DNA of 60,585 bases, the filler included, from Bipalium vagum (Eukaryota), in assembly GCA_037834085.1 (NCBI GenBank). It is 3 parts of 3 records of this genome, joined end to end, with 100 filler letters (N's around TTAATTAATTAA, not from the genome) between each part and the next. Parts side by side here need not be neighbours in the genome. Positions count along the whole stretch, not along the records: positions 16,333 to 34,274 come from JBBMKC010045909.1; positions 34,375 to 60,585 come from JBBMKC010153641.1; 1 more part is not named here. One strand, given 5' to 3'. Of the stretch, positions 27,601 to 39,420 are shown one piece after another (the stretch's first letter is position 1; every line of letters starts with the position of its first letter). A model generated the notes under the pieces. That model did no database searches. It worked only from the letters and a program-made list of their open reading frames with translations, and was not told the origin of the DNA. The position numbers were made by a program, and so were the translations under genes.

Positions 27601-30600
27601 TATATGGTGACAAAGATTTGACCTATTAAGTGACATAATTTTAAGATTTTTACAGGGGTAGTTGAAATTTTTAGACAAACATAAATAGCAAAAATACATC
27701 TTATGAACTATTTTTAATTTGACTATCTTATATTTTAATATTTAAAATTAGAGGTTGATCTTTCAAATATAGGCTTGTTTGGCGTTATTTCAAAAATAAA
27801 GTGTCTCACAATTATTGAATATTTGCATAAAGTTTTGGTTGGTAAACAAATTTTCGAGGACAAAATAGATGTTCTAGGGCATCGGTTGACAAATTATGTT
27901 CTGCGTAAGATTAGGAAGTGTTCCCTAAAAAGTTTTAATTTAAAAATCATAAATTTAACATTGTGTAATTCAAAATAAAAATTATTATGAAACTAAACAA
28001 TCTTAAAAAGTTTATTCTAAATTTCTATTTTATGACTTCACTGTCTAAATAAAAAATTTTTTACATTAATCTTATATTTTTGTTTAAAAATTCATTTATA
28101 TTTACAAAAATACTCAGATTCTTAGCTAAAGGGAATTCTAATAAAAAAAACTAAATAGTTTTTCTGAAGCCCCGTGTAGTTTAGGTAGTTCTCCTGAACA
28201 AAATCTAGTATATATATTTTATTCAGAAACCGAATAAATGCTATCTCAGATATAAGAATTCGGATTTCTAATATCGAACCTGATATTAAAAATTATAATT
28301 CAATACCACAAATCTTTAGGGTTTGCCAAAGGCACGAACCTTTGATTTCTAATGATAAGGATGAATAATAATAAAATAAGATTTAATTAAAAAATTTACA
28401 TATATCTATGTGAGGACTTGGACTATTTGGAAGAAGAGAAGTATTCACGTCAATGAGGAGAATAAAATTATCGAAGGAAAATCAAACGCATGTTAGAAAC
28501 CACAAGGATTACTAAACGAAGAAAATTGACCGAGTAAACAAAGATTCGAAACCACTACATTACTGACAACTAGTATGACCGGTAAAATGAAATTGCCTGA
28601 ACGAATCAAGGAAACCAGTACAAGAAATTGCAAACTGAGACAGTTTTATCAACAACGGGACTAAGCAATATAAATTTTATTAAAATAATCCCGGTAAAGA
28701 TGAAATTGCCAGAGAAAAAAGAACCAAGGAGAAATTGATCAAATGAAATGGACACTTCCACAGTAGAAGGCGAAGAATCTAAAGAGAAGAGCTCGGAGGA
28801 AGAGGATGGAGAATCAAAAAGATTGGAAGGACAATTTAAGAAGTATAGGAAAATTTATAAGTCATCGTCTGTCGATCTGGACGATAGTGACAACGACTTC
28901 GGATCCATGATTCCTCGAAAAGAACTTGAAAGAAGACAGAAAATCAGACAGAAAAATGAAAAAGATATGAAAGCAGTAGCAACTGACTTTATCTAAAAGA
29001 TTAGTCTTCGAAGTCCAGCCAGCAACCAAATGAAAAGAAGGAAATTCACAACCCAAACATGGGAAGAGCAAATAGACTCTTTCAATTTGTCCTAGAATGA
29101 AAATTGTGGTCTCATAAACCTTTCATTTTGTCTAAAACTTGTTATTGATGTTGTCTGTAATATTCGAATAAAAATTTTATAGTTCAGTTATTGTATGAAT
29201 ATTCTGAGAACCAAATGATAATAAATCTTGAATAATAATAAAATTAATTACGTTTTAATTAAAATATGCACTTTTTAAAGAAAATTTGTTGGTCGTTTTT
29301 TAGAATATTATCTCGCTATCGAGATAATGATAAAAATTATAATAATAAAAATAATTATATCCCGCCGTATGAATAATGATTTATTATAAATTATTATTTT
29401 AAAAAGTAATTTTATCTCGCCGTCGAGATAATTTCGGAATTAATGGGCTATTGAGATAAATTCAACCGTAGAAATTGGTGGTCGTAGACCAATCTCTACG
29501 GCTCTATAAGGCCGTATTCCGAACAGGGATTGCGCAAAAATATTTCTTGTGATTATCGAGAAAGGAAAGATTTTTTTTTGAAGATTGCCGAAACCATTAT
29601 TTGTTTGAAAAAGAAGATTATCCGAATTATGGCGGAGGCATGACAAATCCGAATAATTTTTTTTGTTCAGAGTTAAAATTTCTTTTATGTGGGAATCCCT
29701 AGATGACCGAATGGAACATAAAGGACGACCTATTATTGCTTCAATTAGGGGATTCTTTATTGTTTGTTTTAATTGTCATTTATTAATATTTTTTCATTTC
29801 ATTTTAACATTTAATCTAATTAGCATCATATTTGTATCTTTAGTATTTTATTGTGATTTTGAATTCAATTAACATTGTTTTATTCCATTGACATTCAGAA
29901 ATTTGATATAATTGATTGATTCGTTAGTATTTTAGTGATTTTCCAGACTTTTATTGTGATTTGTGTTATTGTAAATTTTTATAAATGCAATAAAAAATTT
30001 TTGGGATTGTTTTGATTCACTTTTGGATGCAAACCAAGATAAAGTTTTATTGTGGTTAGTTTGATTCAAGCGAGTTGAGATTTTTGTAACAGTTTCACTA
30101 AAACGAACAAGGCATTAAAGAAGTGAGAAGTTAGTGAATTTCGACTCAAAATTACATATTTTGATTAGGGAAAATAGTAACTTATAGATCCAAGTCATTA
30201 AATGTTCGATTTAATAAATTATTTGTAATATCTGTACTATTTATAATTATGCAATCATACTTAAATTTTGTAATAGAAATATTTATTTTTTGTTAAATTT
30301 TTATAATAATATAGGTTCCACAGAAATTTTTGATTAACGAAATGTTCCGTAAAGCGAAAAATCTGGGAACGACTGTCTCAGGGGAGAGAAAAAAGAGTTC
30401 ATGTCAGGCGATGAGGATTAGAAAAGAAATATAATAATGTGCTGGCTCACAAAGTTGTTTTTGCCATAGAAACATTAAAGAACTTTTATGGCACATTAAT
30501 GGAACATCCTTCACATTCACAGATTTGGATCCATCTTTTCAGAAATATGAAAATATTAATTCGTGGAAAGGGTTTCTCAACAATTTGTGAGATCAAACCA

Positions 30601-31671
30601 TATGTATAGGGATATTTCTAATTGATAAATTATTATTTTTTTAAAAATAACAAGATTCATACTGGACTCTTGTGGTTCAAAACAAATATTGATTTATCAC
30701 TGAACAATTTTAAATTAACCACACAAAAACTCAAAATATTCAATCAATATTGCTTAACAAATTTTGTTTATTAACTGAAAAAAATTAGTCAATGGTTTTT
30801 AAAAGAATTCTTAAAAAAGTCTGACAAAAATTAGACTAACCGGGAACGGTAATTTCACAGTCGGCATTCGAGCTTCATCTCTAAATCTATATGTTCCATC
30901 CACGTTATTGGCACCTTTGAATGCTTTGAGTATCTTTACCAGCTCAAAATTTGTTTTCAGTGGAAATTCTTGACCGGTTAGATTTATCACATATCTCCAA
31001 GTTGCATATTGTTCGTACAACTTTTTCATGCATTTGAGATCTGCAAGTAAAACAGATTTTTCACCCCAATTGACTTCAATTCTGTCGTGTATATTGATCA
31101 TGTTTTTATACTTTTTGTTGAGACAATTCACTAAAGAATCAATTAAATCAAAAGTTTGTTGATCAGATTTCTTATCAACATGAATGCAATAAAAGTTCCA
31201 AGGCCTGTATATTAGTCTCAATAGTTTTTCAAACTGTTGTGGACTTTTGAATACAACGATGCTGTAGGCAATAGGAAAATATTCTTCATCAATACTTGAA
31301 AATTGAAAGATGTATCTCTGATTATTTAAAAAAAATTCACAATTTTCTTTAATTCGTAGAGTTATTTGAGAATCTGATAGTACTTCGCTGTCTGGAATGT
31401 TCCAACTTTCTGCAGCTTTAAAAAATCCAGCGTCAGTATTTTCATTGAAAAGATTTTCACAATTAGGTTTTGTTTCAATTGTAGGTAACGGGTCAAGATA
31501 TGGGTCATGAATTATGAAAGCTTGTCTAATAAAATATGTAACAAACACGAAAGATAATAATAAAATTATTCGGATAAAATTCTTATTTTTGCCAAAAATC
31601 CATCTCCTGACTATTTCTAAATAATTGTAATAGGTTGAATGTTAGATGCTAAATTTACTTATTAAATACAT
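24163..31671 (-). CDS. GCNT1: beta-1,6-N-acetylglucosaminyltransferase (core-2/I-branching enzyme, GT14), join(31671-31659, 31616-30841, 24672-24163), ~432 aa
   Basis: N-terminal TM segment; FPIAYSIVV, LLRLIYRPWNFYCIHVDKKS, WRYVINLTGQEFPLKTN, WFKGS, YIPDEQFFSTL, RGLCIWGAGDL, LFANKF. GT-AG introns are phase-compatible (42 nt with CTAAC branch site; 6168 nt). Paralog identity within the GCNT family is uncertain. Confidence 0.9.
24762..26025 (-). mobile_element. IS630-like Tc1 (DD34E, Gambol-like) element inside GCNT intron, decayed
   Basis: ~45-bp imperfect TIRs (GTTTTAAATTCAAGTTGGAACAATTTTAATTCAAATT vs revcomp GTTTTAATTCAAGTTGGAATAATTTTAATTCTAATT). Fragments FFVNEVG, VIMSNVPF...YLSPYSSMLNPIENMFSK, with 34-residue spacing. 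Confidence 0.8.
29500..30260 (-). mobile_element. highly decayed non-LTR (L2/CR1-like) 3' region
   Basis: Weak fragments such as SINYIKFL and SFMFHSVI*G resemble the post-RT region of APE-type LINEs; many stops. Confidence 0.3.
30400..30700 (+). mobile_element. short mariner C-terminal relic
   Basis: AHKVVFAIETLKNF...MEHPSHS...RGKGF fragments. Confidence 0.4.
30841..31616 (-). CDS. GCNT-like gene, main exon (TM anchor plus Branch domain)
   Basis: Overlaps ORF 30811-31548. TTAG acceptor ends at 31617; GTTAGT donor starts at 30840. Confidence 0.92.
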
Positions 31672-34274
31672 GAGTACATAAATTATTTCAAAAATATGAA
31701 TAACCAAATAACAAATTACATTTAGATTTAAATTGTTATTAATAATTGTAATTTATTATGATTAATTTCAAATGATTTAAACAATTAAAATTCAGTCAAA
31801 ATTATTCAAGTCTCAATTTCAAGATCAAGTAGAATTGTCGTAAATTAACAGAAAAAAGTTTTAAATCAATATTTTTATTTAACTAAAATATATTATGGCA
31901 TTTATATTAAGATTTTCGAGTTAAAATAAAGCTCTAACCTAAAAGAAAATATTAAGATGTTTTATAAAAATCTTTATAGAATAATTAAAGAGCCGAAAAG
32001 GGAGATACCATAGGAGCTTACAAAACCCAGCGAGTCTGTGGAAGAATGAGGTCATATAAATGAAAGAGATGTTGTTTAGAAATGAAAATAGAAAGGAGAA
32101 AAGCCAAGACCTTGAATCGTTAAAATGATGTTCAATAGTTTTTGTATAAAATATTTACTAAATTTTTTAATAATATTTTAATATTTATTAAATTTAGTTT
32201 TTATAGATTAAAAAATATGCAAAATTATTTGATAAAATATTAAATAAATTTTTTTTCATGTTTCTTAAATCTTAAATGAGATAATAAAGTTGTTCATGTC
32301 TTTAATTTTATATCACAGATTTCACAATCAATCATTATTTTATATTTTAGAATTCTGATTTGAATTTAAATGATTCATTAAAGCTAATTTTCTTTGAAAT
32401 TGTTTTTCACATACTTTACAAAAACTGGGATTTTTTACCGTTCTCGTATCTCTAAAGACAGGTTTGTTTTAATTCTTCATTTTAATCATTTATCGGTAGA
32501 TTTTTTTATTAATAAATTTTAATATTTTTGTAATTTTTAAATGTAGTTACAATATTATAATGAAAACTTTTCTAGATGAAGTTCAAGTTATGGCTTCAAC
32601 AAATAAAAACTTATGCAATATATGTTCATTAAATATTCCAGATAATATTATGGTTCAGAATTCAATAAATCATTCACATAGGAATGAAGAAAATTTACCA
32701 TTGTGGCAATCCTAACTGTTTATTTATGATACATAAACAGGTGGACTTTTTAAAATGAACCATAAAAAGAGGATTGTCATTATGGGGAAATCCAAGTAAT
32801 ATAAACATTTCTTTGATTAAAAAGTCGCTGATCTTCTGGTATCAGTGGATACGATTTTAAATGTACTTGATTTTTGGACGACTTGGAAAATTCAAAAACA
32901 TCTGAAAATGATTCGAAAACAAAAATCTCATGTATCATGAACAAATTTATCCATGTCGATAGTCTTTAAGCAGATCTAGTGTTTCATTGTTAAACACTTC
33001 TCGTGGTCTTTTTCATTATGTGTATCGATATACCTTATCAATTTTTTCAACAGGTATTTTGTGTGGATTCTTTTTCAGAGATGCCAACAAACGGAAAAGT
33101 TCAATTGCCTCAGCATACCAATACTGCTTCATTCCATTTGATTCGATTTATCAGATTTTTCAAGAAGTTTTTAAAAAATCAATAAAATTGTGTTGATATC
33201 GACTATTTATAAACTTTCATCGGTTTTTATTTCATTCAATATATATAGAAGACCTTTATAATTTTATCAAATTATAACAGACTTTGCTCTTCATTGATAA
33301 AATATATCTAAATCTTTTTTACTCATTTTTTAATCATGGTGAAACTGTTGGGATCCATTGAAAAAGAGATCCCAGCACCCATCAATTCAAATCCGATGTC
33401 TACAAAGGGACTATAGCCGCTACAGTCAGAACAAGAGCTTATGGAGGAAGATTCTCCAAAGCTCATAATTGACACTTAATAAACATTTTAATTTTGAAAA
33501 TTTGCATGAAAAAGCCTTGTTAGGCTTACTTTCTTTTATATTTTGATTCTTTTTATGTCATTTTATATATTTTATTTTATGTTTTATAAAAAATAATAAT
33601 ATTTAAATTATATATCAGTTTTTAATTAATATAAATAAACAAAATAATATAAATTGTGGATTGAAGTTAATTAAAACTTAACCCACAAAATTGGTAAAAA
33701 TAATTATAATGAGTTAGAAAATAAAACTTTCTAAAAATACATTAATATGAGAAAATATTAATATTTGGAAGGTTATATTTAGTAAGTTCTATAATATAAG
33801 AACTTTCTTAAAATAGCAAAAACCCACATATTACTCTGTTAATGGAAAGTTTTATTTTCCACCAATCAAGAGATCAGGAATGTGAAAATCAGAAGTATAT
33901 AAGTTCTTGGTTTTCTCATTCAAATCGCAATTAACTTCGCATCGACAAGTTAAGCTGGTAAAAGATAATAAATAGGCTTCGGCTATTTAAAACGTACATC
34001 GATCTCTTTTGAGAAATTTCTAAATAATTAAATAATCATTAACGTATTTAGAGCAAATACTCTGCAATAGGTTCTTTTTATTATATTCTCTTGTTTCTTT
34101 TTTTGTTATCTTGGCAATTCGATTCTGCTTCGTTCTAGGTGACAGAATATGTATTTTTAACATCAGGGCTTCTTCGGTTATCGTAAAACCAAGAAAGCTT
34201 TAATTAATTAATATTATAATTGTGATAAGAAAGATTTGTATTTGTTTTACAAAATATATTTTTGTAACAAAAAT

Positions 34275-34374
34275 NNNNNNNNNNNNNNNNNNNNNNNNNN
34301 NNNNNNNNNNNNNNNNNNTTAATTAATTAANNNNNNNNNNNNNNNNNNNNNNNNNNNNNNNNNNNNNNNNNNNN
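34275..34374. other. scaffold gap with artificial TTAATTAATTAA linker
   Basis: 44 N + 12-mer + 44 N. Confidence 0.95.
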
Positions 34375-34460
34375 TTGCTGTATCAAAGTTTAATTTGTAT
34401 ATATATGATGTGCGGCCAACCATTTGTTTCACACAGGTTCGTTATATCGAGCCTTAACTG
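34375..34460. mobile_element. pogo/Tigger-like transposon terminus
   Basis: Revcomp TA|CAGTTAAGGCTCGATATAACGAACC matches the Tigger-type TIR pattern CAGT..ACCTCGATATAACGA. Confidence 0.5.
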
Positions 34461-34484
34461 TATACCTTGTGGTATAACAAAGGT

Positions 34485-34603
34485 ATAATCTCTCGGATGT
34501 AGCTTCGTGCCACTGACCTTTCGATCAATCACATTTACCAGTGATCCGAATCTGTAGTTCTTCTCGTAGTAGACAGAATTACCGTTGTAATGACACTTTA
34601 TAT

Positions 34604-34647
<44 letters not shown>
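34485..34647 (-). rRNA. isolated 28S (LSU) rRNA fragment / pseudogene covering the sarcin-ricin loop region
   Basis: The minus strand contains the conserved eukaryotic LSU string AGCTGGGTTTAGACCGTCGTGAGACAGGTTAGTTTTACCCTACT, followed by degenerate TACGAGAAGAAC and GAAGCTACATCCGAGAGATTAT. Confidence 0.9.
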
Positions 34648-35121
34648 AAAAATATCTCCCCAACAATTTTAGTCACTTATGATGATTTTGCGAGTGACAG
34701 CGAGAAAAATCATAAAAATATAAGTAGATTTTTGGGTCCCATCCTCAAAGTCTCATTTAAATATGTTTAATTCCTAATCAAATTATAAAATAATGTTAAG
34801 TCCTAAAATATTTATGAATAAAAACTCATTAATTTAAAATTCAAAACTATATGTTTAAATAAAAAATCTGCGAAATTCTTATTTTCAAAACCCATTCATT
34901 TTGTTCTGAAAGTTTTAAATAACATCAATTGAATTAAAAAGATCATAAATTTTTAGAAAACCTCACGTATGGAATAACTGATCTTTATTTGAAAGCATTT
35001 ATGAGAAATGTTAAGTTAGTCGATTTCAATGTTGAAGATCCACAAATTATCTGCACATCAAACGCAACTCCAAAACAGGTTACGTTGATAAAAAGATTCT
35101 ATAATTTACATGAGCATGCCT

Positions 35122-35786
35122 TTATAAATTACAAGGACCGTTTTTCTTTTTCACTGAGAAATCAAATAAAAATATTTTATTCATCTCCAATCTGGAACGA
35201 CTGCCTATGCCACACGCGAAATATTTACCATCGGAGACCGATCGCCATACGATTGCATCTTGAAAAATAACATCACTGTCGTTTACTCGCACAATTTCTC
35301 TAATGAACGAACCGTCGTTCAAACTCCACAATTTGACTGTTCCATCAGCACCAGAGCTCACAATAAATTTATCCAAAACCACTTGCACACCGGTTACGGC
35401 AGGCATATTTATGTCACCAGTGCCCAGATTGAACAGACACTCACCAGTCGATATGTTCCAGACCCTCACTGATTTGTCAGCGTTTCCACTTATTGCCAAA
35501 GACTCTTCAGTATTCATCACGATTTCGCAAGTCAAAGACCGATGACCGGAAAGTATCTGAGTGCAAATTCCTTTGACTCGATGCCAAACTCTGATCGTTG
35601 TATCAAGACTCGAAGACAAAATGACTTGTTTTCCCAGATATAACGCATAGATGCGATTAGTGTGACCGATAAGAACATGCCTACAAGCACCGGTCTCAAG
35701 GTTCCACACCCGGACACTATGATCATAACTTCCAGACACAGCACAATAAGAATCAACTTTGACACAACGAATAGCACCGATATGTC
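35122..35786 (-). CDS. FBXW7-like gene, terminal WD40 exon
   Basis: TAG acceptor ends at 35787; phase 1; lies within ORF 35122-35820. Confidence 0.92.
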
Positions 35787-38344
35787 CTATCAATGAATAA
35801 ATATCCCAATTATCGATCAAAGTTATTAATGAAAAAAATAGGTCAATAATAAATTAAATATAAATAGATTTTCGCTGAATTATTGATCCATTTTTACAAA
35901 TGATTTACCATCCTTCAGGATCAAAATTATATTTTAGTTAACCGTCAAATATTCAAATAAGGAAGCTTTCAATTTTTCATGTGAATTTGAATGTGTTTAA
36001 CTACATTCATTTCCAACACTCATGTTATGATCTACTGACTTTTAAAAGGATATTATTTGATTAATAAATAAAAATACAAATAATAATTCAGGTTTACACA
36101 TAATATATTTTATATTATTCAAAATATATTTAAAATTAGTTTGTTTCAATTTTATATATATATATATTTTGGAAAGGTTAAAAAGATTTAACTATGGGTT
36201 CTGCATTTATTCATCCAATTACAAAATAGTGATTTCCGCTATGAAAGGCATCCGTTTTTAGTCATATCATGACAAGTGATGAAAAATAGGTACCCCCTAA
36301 AATAGCCGAAGATATTCAGTAAAATGTATAAATGTCGATCAATTCTTATTCACTGGTCTACAGCATTTTTGTATCGTTTGAAAAGGTTTTGTTACTTCCA
36401 TTACAAATCAGGTAAGGCATGATTAGGATGTTTTAAAGAACATAAATAAAAATGGTGCCGCATATGAATACCTATCCAATAGATTTCTAAAAATAAGTGA
36501 TGCAAAGTTGAAAGAGGGCATTTTCATAGTTCCTCAAATTTGGCAATTGATTAAAGATACAAACTTCTCTTCAAAGTTTAATCCGATAGAACTTAATGCT
36601 TGGAATTCATTTGATCAGGTAGTTAATACTTTTTAGGAAACCGCAAGTTGGATGATCACGACAATTTAGTTAAGAATATGATCTAAGATTTTCAAGTCCT
36701 AAGATGTCGAATGAGTATAATATGAACTATATAGAATTATATAATATAGAAATGAAAACTAAACTCGCAACTGAATGATTTTCCTAGCAACCTTGGAGCC
36801 TATGGGAAGGAGCATGGTGAACGATTTCATCAGGACATAGCCATTATGAGAATAGTTATCAGCGCAGATGAATGTCAACATAATGGCAGACTACTGGTGG
36901 CTACTAAAGCGTAACAATGCCACAACTATTTATAGTAGAAAGGTTCATATGAAAACGTTTAATTGTAAATAAAATAATTTTTTACTTTAAATTAAGTGTT
37001 TTTATAAAAATTATTTTTGCATAAACCAGATGTCCTACAGGTAAAAGGACTTCATATTTGTTAATCACCTGCAAAAATTACACTATATTATCATAATGCC
37101 GTCTCCGGTACAAAAAGGTTAAAAATTGTAGAGTAGTATATAAATGTTTACGTCTTCTGGTTCAGTGCTGATATCATACACCTTTCTCTGCTAAATCTAT
37201 TTTTTCTATTTATCATGTAATTGCATATCTCATATTAAAACACCTAATAATAAAATTATTAATTAATCTCACAGATGAATAAATAGAATCAAAAAATAAA
37301 GGCCGTAAAAAATATTTCTGAAATTAAAAATCGACTTTCCTAATTGCAGATTTAATTATAATATTTAAAATGTATTTAAAATATAATTAACCATTACAAT
37401 TAATTAATGATTACCATTTAATACATACACACATTGGCCAGTTTTCAAATCCCATACCCGTATGGTTGAGTCTCGGCTACCACTGATAAGCCGTACTTTC
37501 TGATTGTTGTCCTCTTGCACAGTAAATGCAGTTAAGCAGCGTATAATCCTCTCGTGACCGTTGAACACAAATACACTCTTTGAAGTCAAAAGCTGCCAAA
37601 CGCACACCGTACAATCTGTGCTGCTAGTTGCCAACATTATTTGGCCATCAATTCGAAAAATTTCCATTGCCCAAACACCATTCATATGAGCTCTAAAAGT
37701 GTTCACAATCTCTCCCAGTGACATGTCCATCACCGCAACTGTTCCATCGTCAGAACCTGAGACCAACCAATTGTCCAATAACATTAGTCCGGTGATAATA
37801 AGACCATGACTCAGAATAGCGACAGACGGTTTAATTTGATCTTCAGTTTTCCAATTTGATAAAAGAGTGTAATACGAATAATATTTATGCTTGAGAGATT
37901 CACCATCTATGGCCATTGATTCCTGAGTTAATAAAATTATTAATGAAATTAACGTCATTATTGTCAGATATAATCTTTAAATTCAAAGGCATAAATATAA
38001 TTTTTAAAATTTTATTTTAATCAGTTAATAGAACTATTTAGAATATCTTTATTACCTTCGGAACTTGTAGTTCCGTACACTTGTTAAGCCATAATAACTG
38101 ATCATTAGAAAGCTCATTCCATACTCTGGAAACCTATTATTCGAATTTTTACACGTTATGGTATTATACTTCAATTACCTGAGAACATGTATGTAAGTCT
38201 TCAGCATTTAATAAATTTAAAATTTGCAAACTAATCTCAACTGGTAAATAGCCCAAAAAATCTTTACTAAAATTAATTTTAATTAAATATTAAAACTGAT
38301 AACTTATAAGATAATTACCCATTCCTTGAAAAATTATATTTCAT
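35122..38344 (-). CDS. FBXW7: F-box/WD40 repeat protein 7-like (SEL-10/Archipelago/Cdc4 family), join(38344-38319, 38266-38179, 38133-38056, 37922-37415, 35786-35122), ~454 aa
   Basis: F-box DFLGYLPVEISLQILNLL...SQVSRVWNELSNDQLLW. WD40 repeats VSGSDDGT, ISGSRDSTIRVWD, VSGSYDHSVRVW, GHTNRIY, SSSLDTTIRVW, GHRSLT, ISGNADKSVRVW. FBXW7-typical tail IVWR...CGIGSR...KIFLFDF. All four introns are GT-AG with compatible phases; the first exon is least certain. Confidence 0.88.
36360..37138 (+). mobile_element. Chapaev3-like (CMC) transposon 3' remnant in FBXW7 intron
   Basis: ISDAKLKEGIFIVPQIWQLIKD...AWNSF and FPSNLGAYGKEHGERFHQDI motifs; frameshifted. Confidence 0.75.
37415..37922 (-). CDS. FBXW7-like gene, WD40 exon
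   Basis: CAG acceptor ends at 37923 and GTAATC donor starts at 37414; lies within ORF 37404-37958. Confidence 0.92.
38056..38266 (-). CDS. FBXW7-like gene, two F-box exons (38266-38179, 38133-38056) split by a 45-nt intron
   Basis: Spliced translation KDFLGYLPVEISLQILNLLNAEDLHTCSQVSRVWNELSNDQLLWLNKC is a canonical F-box. Confidence 0.88.
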
Positions 38345-38657
38345 AATTTACAAAATCAAATCAATAATTATAAAAAACATGAATAAAAATGATTAAATTT
38401 AAAATTTTGAAATTTGACCACTAAGAAATTAGATATTTTAAACAAAGTTCTGAAAAATCGTACTTTGAAATTATTTATACAATAATGCGCAGATTTTTAT
38501 GATGTTTAATTCCACAAAAAATAAAATAAATTAAAAGTAATAAGCAATACTTTAAAATATAAATTAAGGTAAGTGTAGAAAATAAATTTAAAATGAAAAG
38601 ATTAATACTTTTTTTGAATAAATACTGTGAGATAAATTGAGAATTAAGGTAATATAG

Positions 38658-38722
38658 GGGGATATAGCTCAGTGGTCAGAGCAGTCCATGCGCATGTGAA
38701 GGTCCCGGGTTTGAATATCCGA
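38658..38722 (+). pseudogene. tRNA-Ala-like pseudogene or tRNA-derived SINE head
   Basis: GGGGATATAGCTCAGTGGTCAGAGC (A box/D arm) and AAGGTCCCGGGTTTGAAT (degenerate B box); no matching 3' acceptor strand. Confidence 0.65.
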
Positions 38723-39420
38723 TTAATTTTCAACTAACAAATACAATGAGTTTCATAAAACTATTTAGTCTATAAGCTATCTTAATAAGTTAGAAAAAAA
38801 TTATTGTTTAAAAGACTAATAATTATGACCAAGTTTTTTTCTTTTTAAAAGAATCATAAGAGAATTTATACTCGGTACCATCTCTCTCACACGACCATAC
38901 ATTCGTCAAAAATAGATAGAAATATCACACGTGACAGTACACCAAAGAATAAAATATTTATATTTTAACAGTTTCTACCGCTTCCTATCAAGGTACTCTC
39001 CTCAGACTATAAAATTTCTATCTTCTATTAAAAATTATAAAAATTTAAGTTATTTTCTCTATTTTTCCTTCAAATACTATTTTATTGGATTTATGGTTCG
39101 TGGTTTTGTTATTATGGTGGTGGCAGCAACAATGGAACTATGTTATTATATGTTATGTTAAATATACGACTGTAGATGTAATTATTAAAGTGTAAATTTC
39201 TTGAGTAACTGATTTAAAATTTTAAAGATATGTTAAGTTTTACAGAAAGTTTTGAACGCTTTTTTGTTTATATACATTAAAAATTTTAATAATTCAAATA
39301 AATTATTTAAAGATTATTTAATGGTACATAGAATTTAGAAGCCTATATATTTCTTTCTTTAAAGTATTAATCTATTTTGCTTTTAAATTAAAATTTGACT
39401 AGATTTTTCCCATGATAATT

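Noticed and set aside
29307-29431. CRISPR-like repeat-spacer array
   Set aside because: Only 2-3 degenerate units with irregular low-complexity spacers, a eukaryotic context and no cas genes.
34485-34647. Functional rRNA gene
   Set aside because: Only ~163 bp, with no flanking rDNA and substitutions in the sarcin-ricin loop.
34989-35777. Alternative-frame ORFs overlapping the WD40 exon
   Set aside because: Shadow ORFs of the FBXW7-like exon, with no motifs.
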